From: Callorhinchus milii
Taxonomy: Eukaryota
Assembly (NCBI RefSeq): GCF_018977255.1
Contig: NW_024704747.1
Location: 27,094,001 to 27,158,000 of the forward strand
Length of the DNA: 64,000 nucleotides
Reading direction: 5' to 3'
A program made the translations under genes and the position numbers. Below are positions 1 to 12,976 of the stretch, piece after piece (within the stretch, counting starts at the first letter, position 1; every line of letters starts with the position of its first letter). A model generated the notes under the pieces. That model saw only the letters and a program-made list of their open reading frames with translations. It made no database searches and had not been told where the DNA came from.

Positions 1-200
1 CCAATTGCGCACAGCAATGTCCCACAGTCGTGGATTGAAAATGACCAATTTATTATTGTTTTTTTTGGTTTTGGAGGGATTATTATTAGGCTCTGTGTGG
101 AGTAAGGAAACTTGCCCAAGGTTTTGCCCTCTGCCTGTGATTGAACTCAGGTCTCTCACTTGCAAAGAGAGTGCTCTAACCACTGAGCTACAGGACTCCA
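1..200 (-). mobile_element. tRNA-derived SINE, 5' part (truncated by window edge)
   Basis: Reverse complement begins tggagtcctgtagctcagtggttagagcactctctttgcaagtgagagacctgagttcaatc, with pol III A-box and B-box. Same family as the copies at 4801 and 62312. Confidence 0.85.
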
Positions 201-738
201 TGTTGAGGCAAATCCTAATTTCTTATATTCATAGTGTTCCTCACTGATGCTAGTTCCATTTGCCAGCATGCCGTCCAAGAACAGATCCCAGCTGCGCCAA
301 AGCTGGATTTTATATCAAGTGGAAATTCCAGACTGGGAATTGATTGTTAGCACAGGGGGCTCGGCTACGCTGATTTCTCACATGACCTGGAGAAAAGGAT
401 TTTCATCTTTTAATTTGCTTGCACGTGGCTTGTTAGATATCTAAGGACACTTTTCTATAACCTGGAAAAATACAATGGGCCTCAGACTTCTCGGTGTCAC
501 TGTAGACTCTTGACCAAATGTAATATTGTGCTGTTTTGCCAATTCTACCTATTTTTTGTAACTCAGTTCAAACCATAAAATAATGTTTGTCGATATGAGA
601 TCTTGTGAAATGTGTAGGTTCATGAAAGAGTGACCTTGTTGATAAGATTACTGCGTGAAGAAATGCTTTGTGCTGGATACTTTTATGAAAGAATTGCATT
701 TGATTTTTTTTTGCAGCAACTCCCAACGTGTGGAAAGC

Positions 739-3700
739 ATGTGGGTGAAGGCACAGCGTCCTCGGTGTTTCTTTGATATAACTGTCAACAATGTGAACGG
801 TAAGAGCGAAACTGTTACACAACTTCTGTTACTTGTGCGAATATTGCGGCTTTCACGACATGGAAGTGACCGTGGCAGTAGTTTAACCTTTGTTGAATTT
901 TTGTTATTGTACAATGCTAATGTGCATTTCACTGACTACATTCTTTAAGAATAATCATTTGATAGCGTTGGAACATTGTTGCAAGTTCAGTTTGTATGGT
1001 TTGTTAGATTTGAGAATATCTACTGGAAATGTTTGATGTTTTCAAAACCAAAGAATGCAGTTAAAATGGTGGGGGGAGGGGGGAGCACTAAATATTTATG
1101 TCATTGTTTGGAGGAGGTGTGTTTGCATACTTACCAAGCTAAAGAAATTAAATGATAGAGAAAAATCCACTTATGACTTCAGTGTTTGTCTGGTGAGAGA
1201 AAATGTTATGCAATTTTATTGAGGTGAGTATAATTTTGGTTATTGCAGTTAAACTTGACACGCTATATTAGTTTGTGTAGCAAATATGTCAAGTGAATTT
1301 TCAAGACTGAACTGCTGCTCATTTTCTCTTCACAGTGGGAAGAGTTGTCTTTGAATTGTTTTCAGATGTGTGTCCAAAGACCTGTGAAAACTTCCGCTGT
1401 CTCTGCACAGGTTAGTCACAGCATTGATCTTTATTAATACTGAAAGTGTCTTTATTTGTGATTTTAATTATATTAAACTTATTCTACATAATGCTAAGTG
1501 GATTTCACTCTATAAATCCACAATTGGGTATTGCTGTTTTGACCTTTGAAACTATTGGATGCCCTCTATTATTTGTTATTCGTAGAAGTTTGACTCAATG
1601 ATAACACTTTTGTATTGGGTCAGAAGGTTTTGTTTTGAGCCATTTTGTGAGTGTAAAATACTGTGTCAAAATGCAAGCATTATACTGTATAGGTTATGGG
1701 GATTTGATGCAAAACTGTTCTTTCTAACTGTATTATGAAGCTTTATTAATTGAACATGCAATTTAACTTGGTGGATATAGATTTAATATTCAAGTTCGAA
1801 CTAGAAGCAATGCACTATTGGCAATCTACCTACATGTTTCATTGGTTTCTTGACAGGTGAAAAGGGAGGAGGCAAATGTACCCAAAAACCTTTGCATTAT
1901 AAAGGTTGTCTGTTTCACAGAGTTGTGAAGGATTTTATGATCCAAGGAGGTGACTTCAGTGAAGGTATGCAGAACAGTAGTTTGTTTTTGTAATGTGGAT
2001 TTGAAAAAATTGTATTCACTTTTCCCTCCAACTTCCTTCCAAAGACTTCAAATTAGGTCTCAAATATTCCCTCTTTCTCTCCTTTTTTTCTAGGCTGTTC
2101 ATGTTTTGGTTTGCCCCAAAATACATGGTCACTGCGTTTACATATAACTGAAGTAATAAGCATCACTATTAAGATACAAGCATTATTATTGATATCTGTG
2201 TTTAATTAGTAGTTGGTTAAATGATTTAAGACCAGGAGAGGCATATATTTTCTTCTGTTGAAAGTGATGCGCGCATAAATATAGTTGCAACTGTTGGCCA
2301 TTTTTTCTGAGACATTTTTTAAACCATGTAGATTAGAAACCTAATTCAAGCAATAAAGTTGTGGAATTTCATAATACTTTTCTCTGTGCCCTTTTAGGAA
2401 ATGGCCGGGGAGGTGAATCTATTTATGGTGGCTTTTTTGAAGGTAAGAACTACTTTCTGTTGTATTTTCCCACATAGGCATAAATACTTTGGTTATCTCT
2501 ACATTTCATAGTATTTGAAACAAATTAAAATACTGATCAGTGAGTACAAAGAAAACAATATTTAAGGATAAAACACAAAAGTGAAACATTTGGGTGAAAT
2601 TGAAATGTTTGCACACATCTATTAAGGTGCAGTTGTTTTGTGAATTTATTTTTTGTCACTATACTCGTTAAATTTATTCAGAGATGATGTATTTTGTGGA
2701 AGATGGTCATGCTTAAAGGTATCTAGTATCCTCTACTGTAAACTGATCACACACTTTATTAATAATAGATGAAAGCTTCTCAGTCAAACACAACAAAGAG
2801 TTCCTATTATCCATGGCTAACAGAGGAAAGGATACAAATGGTTCACAGTTTTTCATGTAAGTGTTTTACTGTTGAAATTTCTGATCTTGGTTGAAAAGCA
2901 TTGATTGGACTCAACTCAATTGCTTTGATTCAACTCTTCTTCGTTCCAAAACCTCACATTATTCTGCTCGCCTTGCTCTTTGCGTTGTTGAGCTTCAAAA
3001 TTCCAATTAAATAACTACTTGGCAAAATGGAGGTTATTATTTAAAAGCATCTCCCATATGCATTCTGAGAAATTTCTGCTGTCCCAGATCTGTTTGTGCA
3101 GATGTTAGTCCATTGCAATGTCTTGTTAATATTTTATTGTTTATAGAGAAGAAAATCTGAGTTTCTGTACTTGTGTAGAAGTCATTGTTGCTTGTATCGC
3201 TGTCTAATTGTATTTTTATCTGTATTTCATGTTATCAACGTCCATTTTTGAAAATATATATTAAACAAAAAGAACTACTAAGCCTGCACCACATTTAGAT
3301 GGGTGAGTACTGAATAAGCTGTGTTGTCTTTATCTTTATTTATCTATGGCTGAAACAATAAATAACATTGCCCTTTGATTTCTCAGTGTACACGTGGTCT
3401 TTGGTCAAGTTATTTCAGGCCAGGATTTAATAAGAGATGTAGAAAACCAGAAAACGGATGCTAATAGCAAACCTTATGCAGAAGTGCGCATCTTAAACTG
3501 TGGAGAATTGATTCCTAAAGCCAAAGGTTTGTGAATTCTTATTGATTTGAGTATATTATTGTAAGAAAGTGTCCATTATAATTATATAATGTAAATTCTG
3601 CTTTATCAGTGTTTTCCTTCACCGCTCTGTATAAGGAGATTTTTTTGTGTATAAATTATATCAGATTTAAAGGCTTAAGTAACATTGGAATGCAACGTGA

Positions 3701-6700
3701 TGTTAGCACAAACATTTAGGCCTACTTCCCGTTGACTGTAAGAAAGTTGATCTTACTTTCAGTAAATTTGACTTCTCAAATTCCTCCAAACTTGAAAAAA
3801 TCTGCATAGAACTTTGTACACAGCCAAATGCAATTTTAAAAGTAATATTCAAGAAAAAATAAGAAATTGAGTTGACAGTAGATTATCCATTCATCACATT
3901 ATGGTGAAAAAGCAAAGATTCCTGTGATCTGAATTAATTGTTTATATGTTGACAAGTCTTCTAATTGGTTCTTGTTTGCTGCACTATTTTTCTTGAGCAT
4001 TTACACGCTCCACTGTGAAATACATTTAATTTATTTTCTGTACATTTGTAGATAAATGAAAGGTGCAAATGTTAACCAACTGCTGTATTTTACTTTAATA
4101 AATCAGCCAAAAAAGACGAGAAGAAAAGGAAGAAATCCTCCTCGTCCACTTCAAGCGACTCTGACAGTTCTAGCGACTCAGAATCTTCCTCAGAATCGGA
4201 AAGTGAAACAGACGGAGATTCAAAGAAAAGAAAAAAGAAACAGCGTAAGAAAGAATCTAAGAAACGAAAGAAAGAGAAGAAGAAAAGAAAGAAATCTGAA
4301 AAGAAAAGGTTGGTTGTAGCTTTTTTTTAAAAAAGACACGATTTGTATTATTACGTTTCAGTGTAAACTAGTGAAATATTTTTGTAAATTTATCTTGTGT
4401 CACGTTATGAAAATGAATAATAAACATCAATAAAATCTTTGAGAATAAAGTACACAAATATCTTGTTTCAATTTATCTTGAAGCTCATCGGATGAGAGTG
4501 ATGCAGAAACTGCTGCTGTGCCGGCTGTTGCCACTGTCCATCCTGATGAAATCCCTCTTGTGCCAGAAAACAAGTTCCTAATGAGAAGGAGTCCCGAAAA
4601 AGAGAAGAAAAAAGAAAGAGAAAAAGAAAGGTTAGTGTCACAAACTTCGGAATACGTTTTCTGTTAAAACAAGCAAGTGGGCCGGCAGTTGGACCACCCT
4701 GTTATACATTATCGTTCTGCTGCAGATTTTATAAAAACATGTGTTTTGTTAAAACATGCAAAAAGCTAGAATCGAGATTACTGTTAACATTTTACAGGAT
4801 GGTGGAGTCCTGTAGCTCAGTGGCTAGAGCACTCGCCTCGCACGTGAGAGACCTGGGTTTGATTCCCGGCAGGGCGAAACGTTCGGCAAGTTTGCTTACT
4901 CCACACTATTTATCTAGCAATAAGTAAGAACCCGGTTATTAGTCGGTTGGAGGATTTCTTTTTTGAGGGTTATAATTCATTTTAAAAAATTTAATAGATT
5001 GGTTACTCAATCCACGACTGTTTGTAGGACATCACTATGCGCAATTGATTGTCGCATGTAGCCCCCAAAATATAGTAAATTCACTTTACAGAATATTCTG
5101 TGAAGCGCTTTGAGACGTTTTGAAGATATGATAAGGTGCTATATCGCACCTTATCGCCCACAAATGTACGGTCAATTCACTTTACAGTCTATTCTGTGAA
5201 GCGCTTTGAGACACCGAGAAGACGTGAAAAGCGTTATATTAAATGCAAGGATTATTATATCAAATGAACAGATTATTGTTGCTAATTGTTGGGGAATTAA
5301 CTTGAGTCTTAGCTCAATTGAGGTAAATGTGGTCGTATAATAGCAGATTTTTATTTTCCATAGTAACCCATCAAATTCCCAAATGTCTACATATCAGCGA
5401 CGACTCCTGGTAACCAGGTCAGGCAGAAAAATTAAGGGAAGAGGACCCAGGGTAAGTAATGTTCTCTGTGTTTGGGAATTTTATTTCACAAAACAGCTTT
5501 TCTATATGTGTTCTAGGAAATCTCTCCCAGTTATAAATTGGGTCATGAAGCATGCTGGATGTAACATTCCATATATAATATTCCATAAATATCATTCAAA
5601 CCAAAAGTTCCTCTTATTGGACCTTGCATTTGGTTGGTAGTCTACGTAAACCATTCTTTTCTGTTTTTACCCCCTTCATTTCACTTCTCTAAGTTACCAA
5701 ATACATGTGGCTTGTTCCCATGATAGCTCCCCAAGGATATTTTGCAGTGGTGATTTTGCTCATTTTAATTAGCTTTATTATGCAAGAAATTCCATTACCT
5801 ACAGGGTAACAACAAAATCGTGTTTAGAAAAAGGAAAAAAAATATCGTAATATTTGTAAAGATAAGTAATTTACTTTGAGCAAATTCTGTTTAAAATCAA
5901 TAGCTGAACAATCATAAGGTTCTGTAGCAGAGATAATCGAGCAGAAGCATGGCCTGATTGTGTGTTTTTTTTTAAATGATCAATGTTTCATCGTTCTGAA
6001 TTGACTACACAGAAAAAAAAATTCAACTGAACCTGTGAAGAGTTGTGGAAAATGCTGATACAATAGTGAAACATAGTAGAAAGCAGTATTCTCTTTTTCA
6101 GCGCTATCGAACACCTTCAAGATCAAGGTCTCGGTCAAGGGATCGGTTCAGGCGCAGTGAGACTCCACCTCATTGGAGACAGGAGATGCAACGAGCACAA
6201 AAAATGAGATTTTCAAGCGGAGAACGGTGGATCAAAGGAGATAAGTGGGTATTCCAAGTTGTTAAAGATGTTCTATGTTGTGTTTTGTTACTGTAATCCT
6301 TTTAAGCTTAGCTGATTAAAAAGGATAATGCACCATGTAATGCCTCATTTGTTCAGGGGTGGTTATTGGTAAATGCATAGAAGCATCTCATTGGGGTTGA
6401 ATTAAACAGGTGCAAAAGTCATACCTTACTATTCTTGATTGGAAATTCTACCATTTGGGTTCTGTGCCACAGGTGGGAGCAGGAAAAATTAGCTCAAGTT
6501 CTACAATTACCAGATGAGATTTTAAGGCGTTGTTTGAATATGTATCTATATTGGTTACCTTTAATCATAATACCTATGTAAGTTTTATTTTTTCTAGTGT
6601 AATGGACATAGAACTATTTCTATGGTTTCTTTATTACTTTACATGATTAAATTTTATAAATGACATGTAGCCCAGAAATTAATATGTAACTGTTCGGAAT

Positions 6701-9099
6701 AATTGCTTCTAATCATGTCTCCACTACACTAACCTCCCTGGAGTTGCCAGACATTCTTCTTCTCCAGGCGTTGAATTTTGTTTATAACCATCCCTCATTT
6801 TTCCACAGGTAGACCACTTTTTTCTAAGATGTGTAACAATAGTGACATTCTAGAAATTTATTGCAATCTTTATTACATGAGGTTTTGTTTATCTTTTTGT
6901 TGCTCATGTTCTCTTACGTCATGGTGACTAGGATTTTTGATCAGTGGTCAGTAATTAATTAGGAGGCTTAATTACTGATCACTTGTTAAAGTGAAATAAG
7001 TGTTTTTAAAGTTTATTCTTTTTTTCAATTCTTATTAAAGAGGTGAAGTGAATGAGAAGAAAGAAAATGACAACAACAAGAGCCCAGGCAGAGGAAGAGA
7101 AAGGACGGCTTCAGACTTCAAACAGGACACAGTGGATGGTGGGAGAAGAAGCAGGGAGAGAGATAGGAAAACAAATCGAGATACAGGACGAAGCCATCGA
7201 TCTAGAAGTAAAGAGAGAGAACCGAGGAAGACGGACAAAGATGATAAACATGATAAAGATAAAGCTAAAAAGAGGGAGAGGGATAAGTCCAGGAGCAAAG
7301 AAAGAAATCGAAGCAGAAGCAAAGATAAAGAAAAGCGAGCAAAAAATAGAAGTAATGAGAGAGAGCAGAAACCAAGTAAAGATAAAGAGAAGAGGGCAAA
7401 ATCCAAAAGCAAAGATAGAGAACATGGAAAGGAGAGAGAGAAAGAAAAGTCGGCCAAATCAAGCAAAGAGAGGGAGCGGAGCAAAAGTAAAGATCAAGGC
7501 AAACGTGAGAATTCTAAGAGTAGAGATCGAGAACAGGGTAAAGAGAGAGGGAAACAGTTTAAATCAAAATCTAGAAGTATGGATCGAGAACAGAATAAAA
7601 GTAAGGACACAGGAAAGCAGGCCAAGTCAAAATCCAGGAGTAAGGATAGGGAACGCAGTAAAAGCAAAGAGAGAGGAAGGTGGGATGATTCCAAGTCTAG
7701 GAGTAGAGATGGGGAACGCAGTGAAAGCAAAGAGATGGGAAAGCGGGCCAAATCCAAGTCTAGAAGCAGAGATCGGCAACGCAGTAAAAGCAAGGAGAGG
7801 GGGAAGCAGGCCGAGTCCAAGTCTGGGGGCAGAGACCAGCAACGTAGTAAAAGTACAGAAAGAGGAAAGCGGGCCAAATCCAAGTCCAGGAGCAGAGATC
7901 GGGAGCACAGTAAAAGTAAGGAGAGAGGTAAATGGGCCAAATCCCGATCTGGAAGTAGAGATGGGGAACACAGTAAAAGCAAAGAAGGGGAAAAGCGAGC
8001 TAAATCCAAGTCTGCCAGTAGAGATAGGGATTGCAGTAAAAGTAAAGAGGGGGGAAAGCGAGCTAAATCCAGGTCTGCAAGCAGAGATGGGGAACGCAGT
8101 AAAAGCAAAGAGAGAGGTAAGCGGGCCAAATCCAGGTCTGCAAGCAGAGATGGGGAACGCAGTAAAAGCAAAGAGAGAGGTAAGCGGGCCAAATCCAGGT
8201 CTGCAAGCAGAGATGGAGGACGCAGTAAAAGCAAAGAGAGAGGTAAGCGGGCCAAATCCAGGTCTACAAGCAGAGGTAGGGAGCGTGGTAAAAGTAAAGA
8301 GAGAGGAAAGCGAGCAAAATCTAGGAGTAAAGATCGGGAACAGAGTCGAAGTAATGAGAGAAGAAAACGGGCAAAATCTACAAGTAAAGATAGAGCAAAG
8401 GACAGCAGTAAAGAGAGACGAAAATGTGTAAACTCCAGAAGCAGGGACCGGGATCAAAGAAGCAGGGACCGGGATCAAAAAAGCAAGGAAAGCTGTGATA
8501 AATCCAGCAGTAAGAATGGGGAACATGGCAAAGTTAGAGATCAAGAAAAGCGAGCAAAATCCAGGAGCAAGGAGAGGGATAGAAGTCGAAGCAAAGAAAG
8601 TCAAAGGAACCGAGATAAAGAACATAAAAAGAGAGGAAGGTCGAGGAGCAGAGACAGAAGAAGATCTCCTGATAGAGATAGGGATCAGGGGTCAAAGGAA
8701 AAAACAAAAGGCTCAGATGTTAAGTCTCAAAGTAAGGAGAAAGAGTTAAAGCATGTTGAAAATCAAACTTCAAATGAGAAAAAAGAGCACAAGGAAAAAG
8801 AAAGGCGGAAAAGGCACTCCAGAAGCAGGGGTAGGGATCACAGCAGCAGCTCTGACAGTCAGAGAGATGATGAAGACAGGAACAGGGATAGAGTGAGATG
8901 TAGAAGTCCCAGTTCAAACCGAAAAAGGGAAAGCAGTAAAAGCAGAAAGTCTGAAAAATCTGCAACTAAAAGCAGAGAGAATGACCATAATGACAAAGTT
9001 AACAACCAGAAGTCCAATTGCAAAGAAAGAGATCGGAGCCATAATAAGGAGAGGCACTGTGATACTAGCCCCAGTTCAGATGATGATAAAAGTGAATAA
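739..9099 (+). CDS. PPIG: Peptidyl-prolyl cis-trans isomerase G (cyclophilin G / SRcyp), 12 coding exons, about 1061 aa
   Basis: Exons 739-799, 1336-1410, 1857-1964, 2398-2442, 2769-2856, 3273-3302, 3387-3526, 4107-4308, 4484-4630, 5364-5451, 6102-6244, 7041-9099; all GT-AG and in phase. Translation has a cyclophilin domain (RPRCFFDI...[28 protein letters not shown]...[29 protein letters not shown]...[17 protein letters not shown]), PPIG motifs [20 protein letters not shown] and [15 protein letters not shown], and a long RS domain. Confidence 0.97.
4801..5260 (+). mobile_element. tRNA-derived SINE, full length with duplicated 3' tail, in a PPIG intron
   Basis: Head ggtggagtcctgtagctcagtggctagagcactcgcctcgcacgtgagagacctgggtttgattcccggc. 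Tail segment aattcactttacag...tattctgtgaagcgctttgagac occurs twice (~5078 and ~5174). Ends aaatgcaaggattattat. Confidence 0.85.
7549..8304 (+). repeat. Coding tandem repeat, 12 x 63 bp (21 aa), in the PPIG RS domain
   Basis: Consensus unit [21 protein letters not shown]. Units 9-11 are nearly identical at DNA level; flanking units are degenerate. Confidence 0.92.
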
Positions 9100-12000
9100 A
9101 TATGTTTTATGGACATGTGATCAATTGTTGCCAATAAATGTCTCTGTGATTTAATTTTGTTCATAAACATGTTTTGGACATGTCTTTTAAACCTGGATAT
9201 CATTTTAGTTTTTTTTTTGACAATCTGCAGCCTGAAATATTTGTACTACTGGACTTTTAATAAATTTGTAAAGTGGTGCAAACGGTTGTTTCATTTTGGA
9301 ACTTTACGGTTTTAGTTTTTTAAGTTTATTAAAACATACCAACAATAACTATTACTTTATCCAGTGACCCAAATGTTCACCATTTCTCTTTCAGTTGGTG
9401 TTGTGGTGCGTTTCCAGCAATTTCTGTTCCATTATAAGCATTCATTATAATTCTCTTAACTTTGGTTGTTTTTTTATGTGCGAATTATTGTGCACTAAAT
9501 CCTTGGGTGCAGAGCAGGTGGTTGGTAAAGTAATTGAAAGACAGTTTTTCTGTTATTTTAAAACATTTAACAATTTTGGCTTTTAAATTTGCAGCTAGTT
9601 AGCATAGTGCCTTTCACCAATTAGAGCTAACTGTTTGAATCTAGCCTAGACTGCTGGGATGAATTCATTTCTCTATAGGGATGTGTTGAAATAAGTTTGG
9701 CCACTCTTAATTTAAGTCTGTGTGACTGGCACACAAAATTGCCCATAATTTGGCAGGAAATCGACTGGAAAAAAACAGTGCTTCATTATGGCTGTGTCAT
9801 TTGTTTTCACAGAATTGTCTCTTTAAGATCATCTTGTGGGAACTATGTATTACTGGTGTTACCCTTGATTCAGAACAATTAACTCATAAGATGACCATTT
9901 CACTCAAGAGGTTGTCAGGTGTTGAAAAGCAGAGGGAGAAGCAGATTACAGCGTTGGATTTAAAACCTGTTGGTGTTGTTTTGCTGCATACTTCCTAAGC
10001 TATAGCTGACTTGGAATTGCATGTTCCTTAAACTGAGCGCCAAATGTAGAAAACCTGTGCGCCAGCACATTCCTGACTTTAATTGGCAAAGAAATTCACT
10101 CGTTTTTTTACCAATTGCGTATTACATTATATAAATCTGATCATCTGGATTTTTATTTCTGATTTAACTGGATAATGTCTAGTTCATTTTCATATATCAG
10201 TTTAAAGGTGTTTGGCTACGGTGTCATTAGCTTGTTTTTAATTTTCGTGTGCAGTAGGTGTTTCAAAAAGGGAAGATAGATATCCAATACGTTTTTCAAA
10301 AAGTAGTGTAGGATTTCATGCTCATACTTTCCATTTATATGTGTGTATTTTGTTCGCATAACCTCGAGTACCACAACGTCAAATTGTTCCAAAAAAATGT
10401 ACTTCCACTGCAGGAATCAGTACTATGTTGTGTTTTTATGAATTTGTGTAATGTAATGCATCGTGGCTGTGGACCTGAGACCTCCTTAATTCTGACTAGA
10501 GAGTTAGACAATTTGATTATCCCTGATCTAGATTATAAACATAGCATTGGAAAATGCTGCTCCTGAAAGTGCTATAAACCTTAACCCTTTAGAATATCAA
10601 ATGTTCTTGTGTCTTTTTATATCTTGTCTTAGAGAAACAAATGTGATTCATAAAGTTAAGCTTCCATGATCTGAATCCTAATTAGTACATTTAGAGGAGG
10701 GCCCTTGTACCATGATAATCCAATAGTAGCAACACCAACCCTGGTAAAACACTTAATTTAGCAAAAAAAATTAAAGGGCAGTTTATTTTCTCATTGATTC
10801 AATGAGTCAGCCATTTTGTTTTGACAAAACTGAACACTTTTAACCGGGTTCATTACATTTTTGTATTCTGTTAAAAGCAATCTGAATATTATCAATTGTG
10901 CGCCCAGGTATTTTTACCTGACTTTGAGTATATAGTAAAAAGTATTTTCAAGAAAAGCAATGTTTGGTAAAAGCAGGAGCTTCACATCATACTTGCAGTT
11001 GTGTTATTTGTTTTGTGGTGGTTGTTCCAGAAATTGTCTTGTCTTAATATCAACTTGTGGGAGCTATTTATTAATGTACTTTATAAAGGCACAACATTTG
11101 CAGCTTTCTGAGATTCTGTCTTACAACGTTTCACCTGAATATTTCCAATTCGCATTTATTCAGGTGAAAATCTAAAGGTAAAGATTAAAATCTTTATTTT
11201 TTTATTCTCTTCTGAACTCATGATTTATTTCTCAGCGTAATAAAATTCATGGAAGAATCTGGTTCTTGAACAAATGTATAGTTGATACAGTATGGCCCTT
11301 GTAATATTTTTAGAGTTCTATCATGCAGTAATAGCATATTGCAAACATATCCTGTTTGTAACAGTTATAACAAATTCTACCTTGCAATAAAATTATTAGT
11401 TTCAATGTTATTTTATAGAGGAGAATCATTTCCTGGAGAGTATATGAAATCAAAGGCGCTCTGTTCTAACCATATCCACATGCATCTTGACATATGTACA
11501 TATTTCTCAATTATATGAATCACATGGTGGGAAGATTTTAATTTTCAATTTTTTATTGCTTTGGCCTATCCTGGTGGCATTTACTCTTATTCAGTTTCAC
11601 AGTTTACTTGATTGCCTTCCACTACAGGTGACTATTCATGTTTGAACATAGAAAGGCTCTTTAACTGGAGAACATTACAGTATATCTCCCCACCCTTCAC
11701 CACCAGCAGGGGGTTTGAATTGGAGCACTGAGGCCAGTTGTAATGCCCTACCACTATCCTGTCTGAAATTAGTGACTTCTACATAGATGAGGAACAAAGT
11801 TGGAACAAAATCTTCCTCCCCCGCAGGTTAGAATCATAGAATATGGTACATTTATCCAGTTATTTTTTGCAGATTGTAAATCATGTTTTAAACTTCCTGG
11901 AAAATGTTCAGTAGAGCTACAAGCTCGTGCTTTGAAGTTATTGGAAATATTTTAATTCTAATGGTTGGTATCAAAAACTATAATATAGGACATTATATTT

Positions 12001-12976
12001 TCAATGTTAAATAATGTTGCATTAACCAAATAAGGAACAGATGACCTAAGTGTTTTCAGTGAATGCAGTGTCAGTGGAACGAACATGTTGTGAGCTGCAA
12101 TTTTTAAAAAGTGATATGGATGTTATTGATAATTGACTAAATAGGAGTAGGAGTCCGGTAATTTATTTATGTTTGTTTAAAGATTGCCTCAGATAAAATT
12201 CTCCTTCAATAACAACTATATTTTTCTTGTGATATGAGGACATTGATCTGAATATAGCAGGGATTGATCAGTTAAATGTTTTTATATACCCTAATGAAAT
12301 CGGTTTGTGCTATCTCAGTCAAGTTCACATAGATTTTTGAGTCCACAGCATAATATCGTTGATAATATGGCATTAAATTAGCAATCAATCAGACACGGAG
12401 CAGATAAATGCACATAATATCTCATCAGGTTTAAGCTATGTTTGGACGCAATTACAGGGAGCTTTATTCTGGAACTAATTTGTTGTAGCTGACATGAAAG
12501 TGTTCTAGGTTGGTAAAATAAATCTAAGAAGTCTGGTTATTATACTTCCATGCAGTCTGCAGGGGGTCAACAGATCACAAGAACCTATAGAAATAGACTT
12601 TTGAGATGATGATGTCATTTGGTCAGTTTTGAAGCAGAATGACAACTGTAAAACCATTTTCTCTACTCGTGCAAAAAAAATCAAATCGGTTTGTCAGGTT
12701 TTATTGGTTTTTTTTTCACCAGACATTACATTTCATTTACTATTTGATTACTTAAACCGTTCAAATACATCACAAAATCGGTACTCTAAAATGTAATTAT
12801 CAAATGCTTGGCTAAATTATAATTACTATTCTAATAATTTAATGCAAGGATTATTATAATTCAGTACAAAGGTTGCTAGGATATAAATTATACAGGAAGA
12901 CCAATTGTAAAATGAAGTGCGGTATTATTCTTCATCTTTTTATTGCAAACAAATCATTCTCTACTTTCTAGGATCA

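Noticed and set aside
7052-8625. Long alternative-frame and antisense ORFs over the last PPIG exon (459, 332, 253 aa)
   Set aside because: By-products of a purine-rich 63-bp repeat that lacks stops in several frames; low-complexity translations with no independent gene signals.
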